Source: Gammaproteobacteria bacterium
GTDB taxonomy: Bacteria; Pseudomonadota; Gammaproteobacteria; Steroidobacterales; GCA-2729495
Reading direction: 5' to 3'
Length of the DNA stretch: 64,000 bases
Assembly (NCBI GenBank): GCA_021462865.1
Contig: JAJTYX010000059.1
Location: 552 to 64,551, forward strand
The notes beneath the pieces were generated by a model, which was not told where the DNA came from, made no database searches, and saw nothing but the letters and a program-made list of their open reading frames with translations. Position 1 is the first letter of the stretch, and each line of letters opens with the position of its first letter. Below are positions 54,379 to 63,425 of this stretch, piece by piece. Made by a program: the position numbers and the translations under genes.

Positions 54379-55377
54379 ATGCGTTCCGTCGAATGCCTGG
54401 CGGCCCTGGTGGGCCAGACACCGCTCCTCGAGATCCGTTACCGGTTCGGCGGCCGACGCCGTCGGCTGTACGCGAAGTTCGAGGTCATGAACATGACCGG
54501 CAGCGTCAAGGACCGCATGGCGCTGCACATCCTGCGCCGCGCGCAGGAGCGCGGTGAACTGAAGGATGGCGACGTCATCGTCGAGGCGACCAGCGGCAAC
54601 ACCGGTATCTCGTTTTCCGCCCTCGGCCGCGCGCTCGGTCACCGGGTGCGCATCTACATGCCTGACTGGATGAGCCACGAGCGCGTGCACCTCATGCACA
54701 GCCTCGGCGCCGAAGTGATCCCGGTCGCCAAGTCGCAGGGGGGCTTCGTCGGCTCCATCGCGCTCACGCGTGAGTACGCCGCCGAAAACACGAACGTGTA
54801 CCTGCCGCGGCAGTTCGACAACCCCGACAACGTCGAGGCGCACGAACTCATGACGGGGCCGGAGATCGAGGCGCAACTCGCCCGCTTCGGCGTCAAGGCA
54901 GATGCCTTCATCGCCGGCGTCGGCACCGGCGGCACGGTCATGGGCGTAGGTCGCTACCTGCGCCGCGACGGGCGCAAGGTACGGGTGCACCCGCTTGAGC
55001 CCGCCAACTCCCCGACGCTGCGCACCGGGAAGAAGGTCGGGTCACATCGCATCCAGGGCATCAGCGACGAGTTCATCCCCTCCATCGTGAAACTCGACCA
55101 GCTCGATGCGGTCGTGGATGTCTGGGACGGCGACGCGATCCTCATGTCGCAGGCCCTGTGCCACCGCATCGGCCTGGGGGTGGGCATCTCCGCCGGAGCC
55201 AACATCGTCGGGGCCATCAAGCTCGGCGAGGAGCTTGGCGACGATGCGGTCGTGGTTACCGTCATCTGCGACTCGAACAAGAAGTATCTCTCGACTGCAC
55301 TCGCCGCGGCCGAGCCGCCGCAGGACGACTACGTCACCCCGCAGGTGCAGCTCGACTCCTTCATCGGCGTGCGCTGA
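54379..55377 (+). CDS. PLP-dependent cysteine synthase family protein (CysK/CysM-like)
   Basis: PLP-lysine motif NMTGSVKDR, then EATSGNTGISF and GVGTGGTVMG. 332 aa. Confidence 0.85.
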   Translation: MRSVECLAALVGQTPLLEIRYRFGGRRRRLYAKFEVMNMTGSVKDRMALHILRRAQERGELKDGDVIVEATSGNTGISFSALGRALGHRVRIYMPDWMSHERVHLMHSLGAEVIPVAKSQGGFVGSIALTREYAAENTNVYLPRQFDNPDNVEAHELMTGPEIEAQLARFGVKADAFIAGVGTGGTVMGVGRYLRRDGRKVRVHPLEPANSPTLRTGKKVGSHRIQGISDEFIPSIVKLDQLDAVVDVWDGDAILMSQALCHRIGLGVGISAGANIVGAIKLGEELGDDAVVVTVICDSNKKYLSTALAAAEPPQDDYVTPQVQLDSFIGVR

Positions 55378-55432
55378 ACTTCGGGGCGAGGAGCCGCGCA
55401 TCGACGATGCTGCGCGCGGCGCAATCCGCGAG

Positions 55433-56029
55433 TCAAAGGCAGCCGAGCGTCCGGAGTTCGCGCTCGCATTGGGCCGGATCCTCGAAGCGGATCGTCAGTA
55501 TGCCGAACCGGGCCGCGGCCGACAGGTTTACGTCGAGATCGTCGATGAAAACCGTTGCGGTAGCGTCGAGACCGAAGGCCCCGAGCAGGTGCGCATAGAT
55601 GGCCGGTTCCGGCTTGCACAGCTGCACCCGGCAGGAGATGACCTTCCCGGCAAAAGCGTCCCAGAATGTCTGCGTGCGCTCGAGATATTCGATGGAGGCG
55701 GCGTGCATGTTCGACAGGCAGAACAGCGTGTGGCCTCGCGCTTTCAGCCGGTGCAGCAGGTCGATCGTGCCCGTGATCGGCGTGAGCGATGGTGGCACCC
55801 GTCGCATGAATCGTGCGAGAGCATCGGCCGGCAGCCCGGTGCGCTGCGCGGCACGCGCCACCGCGGTCGCGGGCGCCAGCGTGCCGCGGTCGAGTTCGAG
55901 CCAGTCCGGGTGATCGATGACGTCACGGCGTACCCGCATGCGCACAAGCGGATCGGCAAATACCGTCTCGATGACGGCATCCGGCTCCCATCTCACCACC
56001 ACGCGCCCGAGGTCGAAGACGATATTCAT
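55433..56029 (-). CDS. HAD-IA family hydrolase
   Basis: ORF 55433..56038; ATG at 56029 gives MNIVFDLGRVV (DxG variant of motif I). Also LSN (motif II), CKPEP and FIDDLDVN (motifs III/IV). Confidence 0.75.
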   Translation of the reverse strand: MNIVFDLGRVVVRWEPDAVIETVFADPLVRMRVRRDVIDHPDWLELDRGTLAPATAVARAAQRTGLPADALARFMRRVPPSLTPITGTIDLLHRLKARGHTLFCLSNMHAASIEYLERTQTFWDAFAGKVISCRVQLCKPEPAIYAHLLGAFGLDATATVFIDDLDVNLSAAARFGILTIRFEDPAQCERELRTLGCL

Positions 56030-56090
56030 GCTGCGCATGGCGGCTGCGGAGTGGGGCCAGCCCGCTCACGGCACGGCATCTTTGTCGCAG

Positions 56091-56717
56091 TCAGAGCAGA
56101 TCCTGATTCATGGTGTACGTGCCCGTGAGCCGCGCCTCCGCCAGCACGTGGCCCTCGATCGCCTTGCGTACCCCGGCGGCGGTGAAGCGGCCCTCCACCG
56201 GGCAGCGATCGAGGTCGGTCGCATACAGCGTGAAGTGGTAGCGGTGGATGCGCTCGTCGTTCCACGGTGAGCAGGGGCCTTCGTAGCCGTAGTAGTCGCC
56301 AGCCATCTCGGGATCGGAGGCCATGAAACCCGTGTACTCGTTGATGCCCTGGCGCGAGCCGGGCGGTCCCTTGGGGTGCTGCTTGCCGCGCGGGGTGATG
56401 CCGTCGGAGCACTCGCCCTCGGCAATACCGCCGTCGCGCGGCGCGATGTCCACCATCGCCCAGTGGCAGAACTCCACCCGCGGGAGATCCTTCGCGATCA
56501 CCGTGCCTTCCTTGTTGAAGTTATCGAGCGAAGAGGGCACGTCCACATCGATGCAGAGCAGTACCAGCGACTTCGCGCCCTGCGGCAAATCCGACCAGGA
56601 AAGCTGCGGATTGCGGTTCTGGCCGAGCTTCATGTGCGCTTTGGCATCGGGGATGCCGAATGCGCAACGGCCCGGGATCGGCTCGCCGTGGCGGAAGGAG
56701 GTGGAGGTCAATTTCAT
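56091..56717 (-). CDS. YbhB/YbcL family (PEBP, Raf kinase inhibitor-like) protein
   Basis: ORF 56091..56873; ATG at 56717 (MKLTSTSFRHGEPIP). Motifs NRNPQLSW, LLCIDVDVP and HRYHFTLYA are PEBP-type. Confidence 0.8.
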   Translation of the reverse strand: MKLTSTSFRHGEPIPGRCAFGIPDAKAHMKLGQNRNPQLSWSDLPQGAKSLVLLCIDVDVPSSLDNFNKEGTVIAKDLPRVEFCHWAMVDIAPRDGGIAEGECSDGITPRGKQHPKGPPGSRQGINEYTGFMASDPEMAGDYYGYEGPCSPWNDERIHRYHFTLYATDLDRCPVEGRFTAAGVRKAIEGHVLAEARLTGTYTMNQDLL

Positions 56718-56887
56718 CTTCTTTTCACCTTTTTCATGGAAAACCGGACCATGACGGTGCGGAACTCCTGTGATCCCGGCGGCCAGTCCCGTCATTCTTG
56801 GCGTGTCACGTTGACGAAGCAAGGCGATGGGGCCGCCCGCAGGCGCCGTGTCGCGCGCATTCGCCCAAGCCACCTATAATCGCGCGC

Positions 56888-57553
56888 ATGGCCCACCATC
56901 ACGCCCCCACCAAGGAAGCCGTTACCATCGCCGGCCCCGCCGGTGCGCTCGAGGCCTTGCTGGAGGTGCCCGACCGGAGCCAGTTCTCGCGCGTTGCCGT
57001 CATCTGCCACCCGCACCCATTGCACCACGGCTCGATGCTGAACAAGGTCGTGCATACGATGGCGCGGGCGATGCTCGATCTCGGCTACCCTGCGTTGCGA
57101 TTCAACTTCCGGGGAGTGGGCGCGAGCGAAGGCCAGTTCGCCGAGGGTGTCGGCGAGACCGAGGATGCTCAGGCAGTCTGCGCCTGGGGTCGGGCGCGGT
57201 ACGGCGATGCCGGCCTGGTGCTGGCGGGCTTCTCCTTCGGTGCGATGGTCGCCTGTCGCGCTGCGCTCGCCGTGCGGCCGGAGTGGCTGATCACCGTCGC
57301 ACCGCCCGTGGCGCGCACGAAGAAGCTGCTCGACGGGCAACGTCCGCCGGGCCCATGGCTCATCGTCCAGGGCGATGCCGATGGGGTGGTTCCGGCCCAC
57401 GAGGTCGCGCAATGGGCCGAGGAGCTCGGCTCTGCGGCCGAGCTGGTGATGCTTTCCGGCGTGGATCATTTCTTTCACGGCAGGCTCACCGTGCTGCGCC
57501 AGCCCCTCGTCGGGCGACTCGCTGCAGGCCGGCCGGCAGGAGCGAGCGCATGA
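56888..57553 (+). CDS. Alpha/beta hydrolase (small, about 220 aa)
   Basis: ORF 56798..57553; ATG at 56888 (MAHHHAPTKE). Motifs HPHPLHHGSMLNKV, the nucleophile elbow GFSFGA, and GDADGVVP...DHFFHG. TATAAT at 56875-56880 sits immediately upstream. Confidence 0.75.
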   Translation: MAHHHAPTKEAVTIAGPAGALEALLEVPDRSQFSRVAVICHPHPLHHGSMLNKVVHTMARAMLDLGYPALRFNFRGVGASEGQFAEGVGETEDAQAVCAWGRARYGDAGLVLAGFSFGAMVACRAALAVRPEWLITVAPPVARTKKLLDGQRPPGPWLIVQGDADGVVPAHEVAQWAEELGSAAELVMLSGVDHFFHGRLTVLRQPLVGRLAAGRPAGASA

Positions 57554-58020
57554 TCGGCAAACTCGGCGCGCTGCTGCAGCGGCTGTCGCAGCCGGGGCAC
57601 GCACCGGTGGACCCCGACCGGGTACCGCTCGCCATGGCCGCATTGCTGGTAGAGGCGGCGCGCGCCGATCACAACGTCAAGGAGGCCGAGCTCGAGGAAC
57701 TCGGCACGCTGCTCGCCGGGCGGCTGGGACTCGCGCCCGAGGAGGCGAGCAACCTGGTGCGTCGGGCACGCACGGCGGTGGAGCAGTCCGTATCGCTCTA
57801 CGAGTTCACGCGCCCGCTGCACGAGGCGTTCAGTTATGCCGAAAAGGAAGAATTCATCGGCATGCTCTGGCACGTGGCCTGTGCCGACCGGCGCCTCGAC
57901 AAGTACGAGGACTATCTCGTAGGCAAGGTATCAGAGCTGCTCTACGTCGCGCGCGGCGACGTGATCCGGTTGCGCCACGAGGCGCTGCAGCTCAAGCAAG
58001 CTGCAGCGGGAGGCGACTGA
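57550..58020 (+). CDS. TerB-family (tellurite resistance TerB-like) protein
   Basis: Within ORF 56827..58020. ATG at 57550 overlaps the hydrolase stop (ATGA). Motifs LLVEAARADHNVKEAELEEL and MLWHVACADRRLDKYEDYLV (paired TerB helices). Confidence 0.7.
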   Translation: MIGKLGALLQRLSQPGHAPVDPDRVPLAMAALLVEAARADHNVKEAELEELGTLLAGRLGLAPEEASNLVRRARTAVEQSVSLYEFTRPLHEAFSYAEKEEFIGMLWHVACADRRLDKYEDYLVGKVSELLYVARGDVIRLRHEALQLKQAAAGGD

Positions 58021-58029
58021 GGGCCTTCC

Positions 58030-58548
58030 TTACTCGGTGTAGAACGTGCGGGTGAAGCGCACGCTGAAACGGCTCGTCTCGTTGATCGGCGTCGCGTCTA
58101 CGGTGAAAACCAGCGTCTCGGCATTCGAAACCGCAAAGTCGCCGATGTAATAAATCGCATCGCCCTCGCGGATCTCGCGCAGGTTCGAGTCCTTGACCTG
58201 CCCGGTGTCGTTGGCGACCAGCGCAGCCACACTGCCCGGAACCGGCCTGCCGATGGAACCTTCCTCCTTCTTGATGATGGAGACGTTCAGCAGTGCCCGA
58301 TTCTTGCTGCGCACGATGTTGTAGGCCTTCGCCACCTCCGGCGTGAGCTGGTCGGTCGAGATGGCGTTGAAGTGCACCACGTAATCGCCGAAGTCCTTGC
58401 TGGCAACCCCGGCCGGTTCCGCGGGCGGCGGATTGCCTGCGGGGCTGGCACCGGTCGGCGCGCCTGGCTTCGGACCGCAGGCGGCGAGCGCACAGACGGC
58501 CACGGCTGCAAGGAGCGCGCGGCGGGTAGCAGTGTTCGTGGTCATCAC
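58030..58548 (-). CDS. DUF4426 domain lipoprotein
   Basis: Lipobox ALAACG. DYVVHFNAISTDQLTPEVAKAYNIVRSKNRALLNVSI resembles DUF4426. Conserved position next to yggU/yggT. Confidence 0.7.
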   Translation of the reverse strand: MMTTNTATRRALLAAVAVCALAACGPKPGAPTGASPAGNPPPAEPAGVASKDFGDYVVHFNAISTDQLTPEVAKAYNIVRSKNRALLNVSIIKKEEGSIGRPVPGSVAALVANDTGQVKDSNLREIREGDAIYYIGDFAVSNAETLVFTVDATPINETSRFSVRFTRTFYTE

Positions 58549-58609
58549 ATCACCACCTTGGGATCGGCAGAGCCAGACTATAAACCAGAATCACGCCGCC
58601 CGCCGTGGC

Positions 58610-58915
58610 TCAGCTTCGCCGGATGACCGGCGGCAGGCGCCGTGGCTGGTCGATGCGAAAGAGCTTGTCCCGGCCCGTGTCGCCGCGCACCAGTGTGACC
58701 CGTGTCGCGCTCACGCCGAAGGTCTCGGCGAGCACCTCGCGGGCCTGGGCGTTGGCCTTGCCGTCGACCGGAGGCGCGGTGAGGGCGAGGCGCAGGCGAT
58801 CGCCCACCAGCGGCCCAAGCCCGATGCGACCCGAGCGCGGTTGCACGCGTACCGGCAGCAGCAGTGCGTCGTCCTGCCAGCGCCCGCAAGCGAGCTCGGG
58901 CCGGGCTGCCGGCAT
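58610..58915 (-). CDS. yggU: DUF167 (YggU) family protein
   Basis: Motifs LPVRVQPRSGR, APPVDGKANAQAREVLAETFGV and VTLVRGDTGRDKLFRI. Confidence 0.85.
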   Translation of the reverse strand: MPAARPELACGRWQDDALLLPVRVQPRSGRIGLGPLVGDRLRLALTAPPVDGKANAQAREVLAETFGVSATRVTLVRGDTGRDKLFRIDQPRRLPPVIRRS

Positions 58916-59485
58916 TCAGAACGGGATGCACACGATGCCGGCAAGCGGCACGCGCGCAGGTATGAGCCGCTGCAGAAAACCGATGATCAGAAATGCAGCG
59001 ATCGGCGAGAGATCGAGACCTCCGATCGTGGGGATCACACGGCGCAGCGGGGCGAGCAGCGGCGCCACGACGCTCGACAGCAGGGCGAGCGCCGGGTTGT
59101 AGCCGCCGGGCGAGAGCCAGCTCGACAACACGTAGACGATCAGCAGCCAGAAGTACACGTTCAGGACTACATGCACCAGCCTGAGCAGGGCCAGCACCAC
59201 GATCTGGTCGACCTGCGGATTGCCGACGCAGGAAAGCTGCATCAGGAGCGCCGTGGCGGCCGTCTGCAGCAGGATCAACACCACGAGGGAGGCGGTGTCG
59301 AGCGGCCCGGCCGCCGGGACGATGCGTCGCGCCGGAATCACCAGCGGGTTGGTCACCTTGATGATGAGCTGGGCGAGCGGGTTACGGAAATCGGCGCGAA
59401 CCCAGCCGAGGGCGAGCCGCAGGACGAAGGTAATCACGTACAGCTCGACCAGCGTGGAAACGACAAATACCAGCGCGTTCTGCAT
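58916..59485 (-). CDS. yggT: YggT family membrane protein
   Basis: ORF 58916..59542; ATG at 59485 (MQNALVFVV). Two YGGT repeats (NPLAQLIIKVTNPLVIPARRIVP and LSSVVAPLLAPLRRVIP..GGLDLSP). Confidence 0.85.
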   Translation of the reverse strand: MQNALVFVVSTLVELYVITFVLRLALGWVRADFRNPLAQLIIKVTNPLVIPARRIVPAAGPLDTASLVVLILLQTAATALLMQLSCVGNPQVDQIVVLALLRLVHVVLNVYFWLLIVYVLSSWLSPGGYNPALALLSSVVAPLLAPLRRVIPTIGGLDLSPIAAFLIIGFLQRLIPARVPLAGIVCIPF

Positions 59486-59510
59486 CGACGGGTAACTCCC
59501 TTGCCTGGTT

Positions 59511-60341
59511 TCAGCGCGCCGCGCTGCCGAGTTCGGCGCCACGATCCCGCGCGGCGGTGATCGCCCGCTTCAGGGCTTCGCGCCAGCCGGCCGCTTCCAG
59601 CACCGCCAGTGCTGCGGCGGTGGTGCCACCCGGTGAGGTGACGCTCTCGCGCAGCGGTGCGAGGCCACCGCCGGTTGCCACCGCCACACCCGCCGCGCCG
59701 AGCGCAGTCTGCCGGACCAGCGTACGGGCGGTCTCCATCGGCAGGCCGAGCGCCACGGCCGCTTCTTCCATGGCTTCCATCAGCAGGTAGAAATATGCGG
59801 GGCCGCTGCCCGACACCGCGGTCACCGCGTCCATGAATGACTCGTCATTCACCCACAACGCCTGCCCGGTAGCTTCAGCGATGTACTGTGCCTGTGCCCG
59901 TTGCGGGGCACCCACTCCGGCGGCAGCGACCAGGACCGACATCCCCGCTCCGACCAGCGCGGGCTGGTTGGGCATGATGCGCACGGCGGCGCCGCCCGGA
60001 GCGAGACCGCGCTGGAGCGTGGCCAGCGTGATGCCCGCAGCGACCGACACGAGCAGTTGTCCGGTCGGGCGGCGCAGGCCGGCGAGTTCGACCAGCACCG
60101 CCGGTATCACCTGCGGCTTGACGGCGAGCACCAGCACCCCGGTCCCAACTGCTGCCGCGGCGCTGGAGTCCGTCACCTGCAGTTGCGGGTGCAGGGCAGC
60201 GAGGCTCTCGCGGGCGGTTGCGGCCGGCTCCGCGATCGCAATGCAGGCTGGCTCATGCCCGGCGCGCAGCAGGCCGGCGACCATCGCCCGCGCCATGTTG
60301 CCGCCGCCGACAAACCCGATCTGCAGATTGCGTTCGCTCAT
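59511..60341 (-). CDS. proC: Pyrroline-5-carboxylate reductase
   Basis: ORF 59511..60485; ATG at 60341 (MSERNLQIGFVGGGNMARAMVAGLL). C-terminal motif VTSPGGTTAAAL. Confidence 0.93.
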   Translation of the reverse strand: MSERNLQIGFVGGGNMARAMVAGLLRAGHEPACIAIAEPAATARESLAALHPQLQVTDSSAAAAVGTGVLVLAVKPQVIPAVLVELAGLRRPTGQLLVSVAAGITLATLQRGLAPGGAAVRIMPNQPALVGAGMSVLVAAAGVGAPQRAQAQYIAEATGQALWVNDESFMDAVTAVSGSGPAYFYLLMEAMEEAAVALGLPMETARTLVRQTALGAAGVAVATGGGLAPLRESVTSPGGTTAAALAVLEAAGWREALKRAITAARDRGAELGSAAR

Positions 60342-60342
60342 G

Positions 60343-61035
60343 TCAGGCTGACCCCGCATCACGGGCGCCGAACAACGCCGTGCCCACGCGTACCATGGTA
60401 CTGCCTTCGGCGACTGCCAGCTCGAGGTCCTCGGACATGCCCATGGAAAGCGTGTCGAGCGGATGGCCGGCTGCGCGCAGCTCATCGAACAGCCGGCGTA
60501 CGCGGCGAAACTCGGCGCGCAATTCCCCGGCGTTGAGCTGCGGCCTCGGCATGAACATCAGCCCCCGCAGCTTCAGCCGCGGCATCTCCTCGATCTGCGC
60601 GGCAAGCAGAGGCGCATCCGCCGCGGCGAGTCCGCCGCGGCCTGAGGCGGGCTCGGGACGAATCTGCAGGCAGACCTGCAGGTCTGCCGCGTGAAACGGA
60701 CGCTGGCGCGAGAGTCGTGTCGCGACCTCGGCGCTGGCTACCGTCTGTACCCATTGGAAATGTCCGGCGATCAGCCGTGTCTTGTTTGCCTGTATCGCGC
60801 CGATGAAATGCCAGGTCGTGCCTTCGGTGAATTGCGTGATCTTCGGCACGGCTTCCTGCACGTAATTTTCGCCAAAATCGGTCAGTCCGGTCTGGTGTGC
60901 CGCCCGGATGGCGTCGATGGGCTGTGATTTGCTGACGGCGACGACGGTCACGCTCGCCGCCTGCCGGTTTGCGGCCCGTGCCGCAGCGTCGATCCGTTCA
61001 CGCAGAACGGTGAGTTTTTCCGTGATTGCCGTCAC
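60343..61035 (-). CDS. yggS: YggS family pyridoxal-phosphate homeostasis protein
   Basis: ORF 60343..61173; GTG at 61035 gives about 230 aa. Motifs VVAVSKSQP (PLP lysine), FGENYVQE and LSMGMSEDLELAV. The stop is 1 nt from the proC start. Confidence 0.88.
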   Translation of the reverse strand: MTAITEKLTVLRERIDAAARAANRQAASVTVVAVSKSQPIDAIRAAHQTGLTDFGENYVQEAVPKITQFTEGTTWHFIGAIQANKTRLIAGHFQWVQTVASAEVATRLSRQRPFHAADLQVCLQIRPEPASGRGGLAAADAPLLAAQIEEMPRLKLRGLMFMPRPQLNAGELRAEFRRVRRLFDELRAAGHPLDTLSMGMSEDLELAVAEGSTMVRVGTALFGARDAGSA

Positions 61036-61142
61036 GGTGAGGTGGGGCTGCGTCCCTATACTCTGCGGCACTGGCGCGGTCCGCTTATGGCAAGTGTGTA
61101 ATCGGCGTACGATGAAGGCAACAGATTGAGTTGGGGACGGAA

Positions 61143-62183
61143 ATGGCCGTTGACATAGCGCAGTTGCTCGCATTCTCTGTCAAAAACAACGCATCCGACC
61201 TGCACCTGTCGGCCGGCGTGCCGCCGATGATCCGCGTCGATGGAGACGTCAAGCGGATCAACATGCCGGCGCTGTCGCACAAGGAAGTGCACAGCATGAT
61301 ATACGACATCATGAGCGACAAGCAGCGCAAGGATTACGAGGAATTTCTCGAGACGGACTTTTCCTTCGAGATTCCGAAGCTCGCGCGCTTTCGCGTCAAT
61401 GCCTTCAACCAGAGCCGCGGTGCCGGCGCCGTCTTCCGCACGATTCCGTCGCAGATCCGCACGCTCGAGGACCTGAAAGCGCCGGCAATTTTCCGCGATA
61501 TCGCGATGTACCCGCGAGGCCTGGTCCTGGTCACCGGCCCGACGGGTTCGGGCAAGTCCACGACGCTTGCCGCGATGATCGATTACGTAAACACCAACAA
61601 GCCCGACCACATCATTACCATCGAAGACCCGATCGAGTTCGTGCACGAGAGCAAGAAGTCGCTCATCAACCAGCGTGAGGTGCACAAGGATACGCTCGGG
61701 TTTTCCGAGGCCCTGCGCTCCGCGTTGCGCGAGGATCCCGACGTGATCCTCGTTGGCGAAATGCGCGACCTGGAGACCATCCGGCTCGCCATGACCGCGT
61801 CGGAGACCGGCCACCTCGTGTTCGGCACCCTGCACACGAGTTCCGCGGCCAAGACCGTGGATCGAATCGTGGACGTTTTCCCCGCCAACGAGAAGGAGAT
61901 GATCCGCACGATGCTCTCCGAATCGCTGCGGGCGGTGATTTCGCAGTCGCTGCTGAAGAAAAGCGGGGGCGGGCGCATTGCCGCGCACGAGATCATGATC
62001 GGCACGCCGGCCATCCGCAACCTCATTCGTGAAGGCAAGATCGCGCAGATGTACTCGGCGATCCAGACCGGCCAGGCGGCCGGCATGCAGACGCTGGACC
62101 AGAATCTGCAGGAGCTGCTGACCAAGGGCGTCATCAGCAAGGAAGAGGCGCGCTTCAAGGCCGCCAACAAGGACCAGTTCTAG
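61143..62183 (+). CDS. pilT: Type IV pilus twitching-motility ATPase PilT
   Basis: ATG at 61143. N-terminus MAVDIAQLLAFSVKNNASDLHLSAGVPPMIRVDG. Walker A GPTGSGKSTT. AIRNLIREGK motif. 346 aa. Divergent from yggS, as in Pseudomonas. Confidence 0.95.
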   Translation: MAVDIAQLLAFSVKNNASDLHLSAGVPPMIRVDGDVKRINMPALSHKEVHSMIYDIMSDKQRKDYEEFLETDFSFEIPKLARFRVNAFNQSRGAGAVFRTIPSQIRTLEDLKAPAIFRDIAMYPRGLVLVTGPTGSGKSTTLAAMIDYVNTNKPDHIITIEDPIEFVHESKKSLINQREVHKDTLGFSEALRSALREDPDVILVGEMRDLETIRLAMTASETGHLVFGTLHTSSAAKTVDRIVDVFPANEKEMIRTMLSESLRAVISQSLLKKSGGGRIAAHEIMIGTPAIRNLIREGKIAQMYSAIQTGQAAGMQTLDQNLQELLTKGVISKEEARFKAANKDQF

Positions 62184-62212
62184 GCGGCCCCGGTTGCCGC
62201 GCGGAGAGTCAT

Positions 62213-63376
62213 ATGGAACGCGATCAAGCCACACGCCTGACGCAGGGACTGCTGAAGAAGCTGGTCGAGGTGAAAGGCTCGGATCTCTTCATTACCGCGG
62301 GGTTCCCGCCCGCACTGAAGATCGACGGAGAAATCCATCGCGCCTCCGAGCAGGTGCTCACCCCGGAAGACAGTGCCGTGATCGTGCGATCGATGATGAA
62401 CGATCGCCAGGCAAAAGAGTTCGATGCGACGAAGGAGTGCAACTTCGCGATCAACCCGCAGGGTATCGGGCGATTTCGCGTCAGCGCCTTCGTTCAGCAG
62501 GGCCAGGTCGGCGCGGTGTTGCGCACCATCATCAGCAAGATTCCGACTCTCGAGGAGCTGGAGCTGCCCCCGATCCTGAAGGACATCGCGATGACCAAGC
62601 GCGGCCTCGTGATCGTGGTCGGAGCTACGGGTTCCGGCAAGTCGACCACGCTGGCGTCGATGGTCGGGCACCGCAACGACAATTCCCGCGGCCACATCAT
62701 CACCATCGAGGACCCGGTGGAGTATGTCCACCCGCACCGCCGCTGCGTGGTGACCCAGCGCGAGATCGGCGTGGATACCGACAACTGGGGCGCTGCACTG
62801 AAGAACACGTTGCGGCAGGCGCCGGACGTGATTCTCATCGGTGAGATCCGTGACCGCGAGACGATGGAGTACGGCATACAGTTCGCCGAGACCGGGCACC
62901 TGTGCCTCGCCACGCTGCACGCCAACAGTGCCAACCAGGCCCTCGACCGCATCATCAACTTCTTCCCCGAGGACAAGCGCTCGCAGCTGCTCATGGACAT
63001 GTCGCTGAATATCAGGGCGCTGGTGTCGCAACGGCTGGTACCGCGCGAGAGCGGCAAAGGGCGCATCGCGGCGATGGAAATCATGCTGCATTCGCCGCTG
63101 ATCGCCGACCTGATCTTCAAGGGCGAGGTCGCCCGGATCAAGGAGATCATGGCGAAGTCCACCCGCCTCGGGATGCAGACGTTCGACCAGGATCTCTTCG
63201 CGCTGTTCGAGCGCGGCGCGATTTCCTACGAAGAGGCGATCAGGAACGCCGATTCGAAGAACGAGCTGCGCCTGCGGGTGAAGCTGGAGAGCAAGCGCGA
63301 CAAGAAGGTGCTCGACACGGGGGACCTCGCGATTGCCGAGGACGAACGTGACGATCGTGGCGTAGTTCGCATGTAG
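62213..63376 (+). CDS. pilU: PilT/PilU family type IV pilus retraction ATPase PilU
   Basis: 387 aa. Walker A GATGSGKSTT. GSDLFITAGFPPALKIDG. C-terminal extension typical of PilU. Confidence 0.88.
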   Translation: MERDQATRLTQGLLKKLVEVKGSDLFITAGFPPALKIDGEIHRASEQVLTPEDSAVIVRSMMNDRQAKEFDATKECNFAINPQGIGRFRVSAFVQQGQVGAVLRTIISKIPTLEELELPPILKDIAMTKRGLVIVVGATGSGKSTTLASMVGHRNDNSRGHIITIEDPVEYVHPHRRCVVTQREIGVDTDNWGAALKNTLRQAPDVILIGEIRDRETMEYGIQFAETGHLCLATLHANSANQALDRIINFFPEDKRSQLLMDMSLNIRALVSQRLVPRESGKGRIAAMEIMLHSPLIADLIFKGEVARIKEIMAKSTRLGMQTFDQDLFALFERGAISYEEAIRNADSKNELRLRVKLESKRDKKVLDTGDLAIAEDERDDRGVVRM

Positions 63377-63425
63377 GGCGCCGGGGAGAGCAGCATTGGC
63401 AGATAACATCACCGAGCTGGCCACG

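Noticed and set aside
56827-57549. N-terminal 241 residues of the 397-aa ORF 56827..58020
   Set aside because: They are out of frame over the alpha/beta hydrolase gene. The TerB-like coding signal begins at the ATG at 57550, which overlaps the hydrolase stop.
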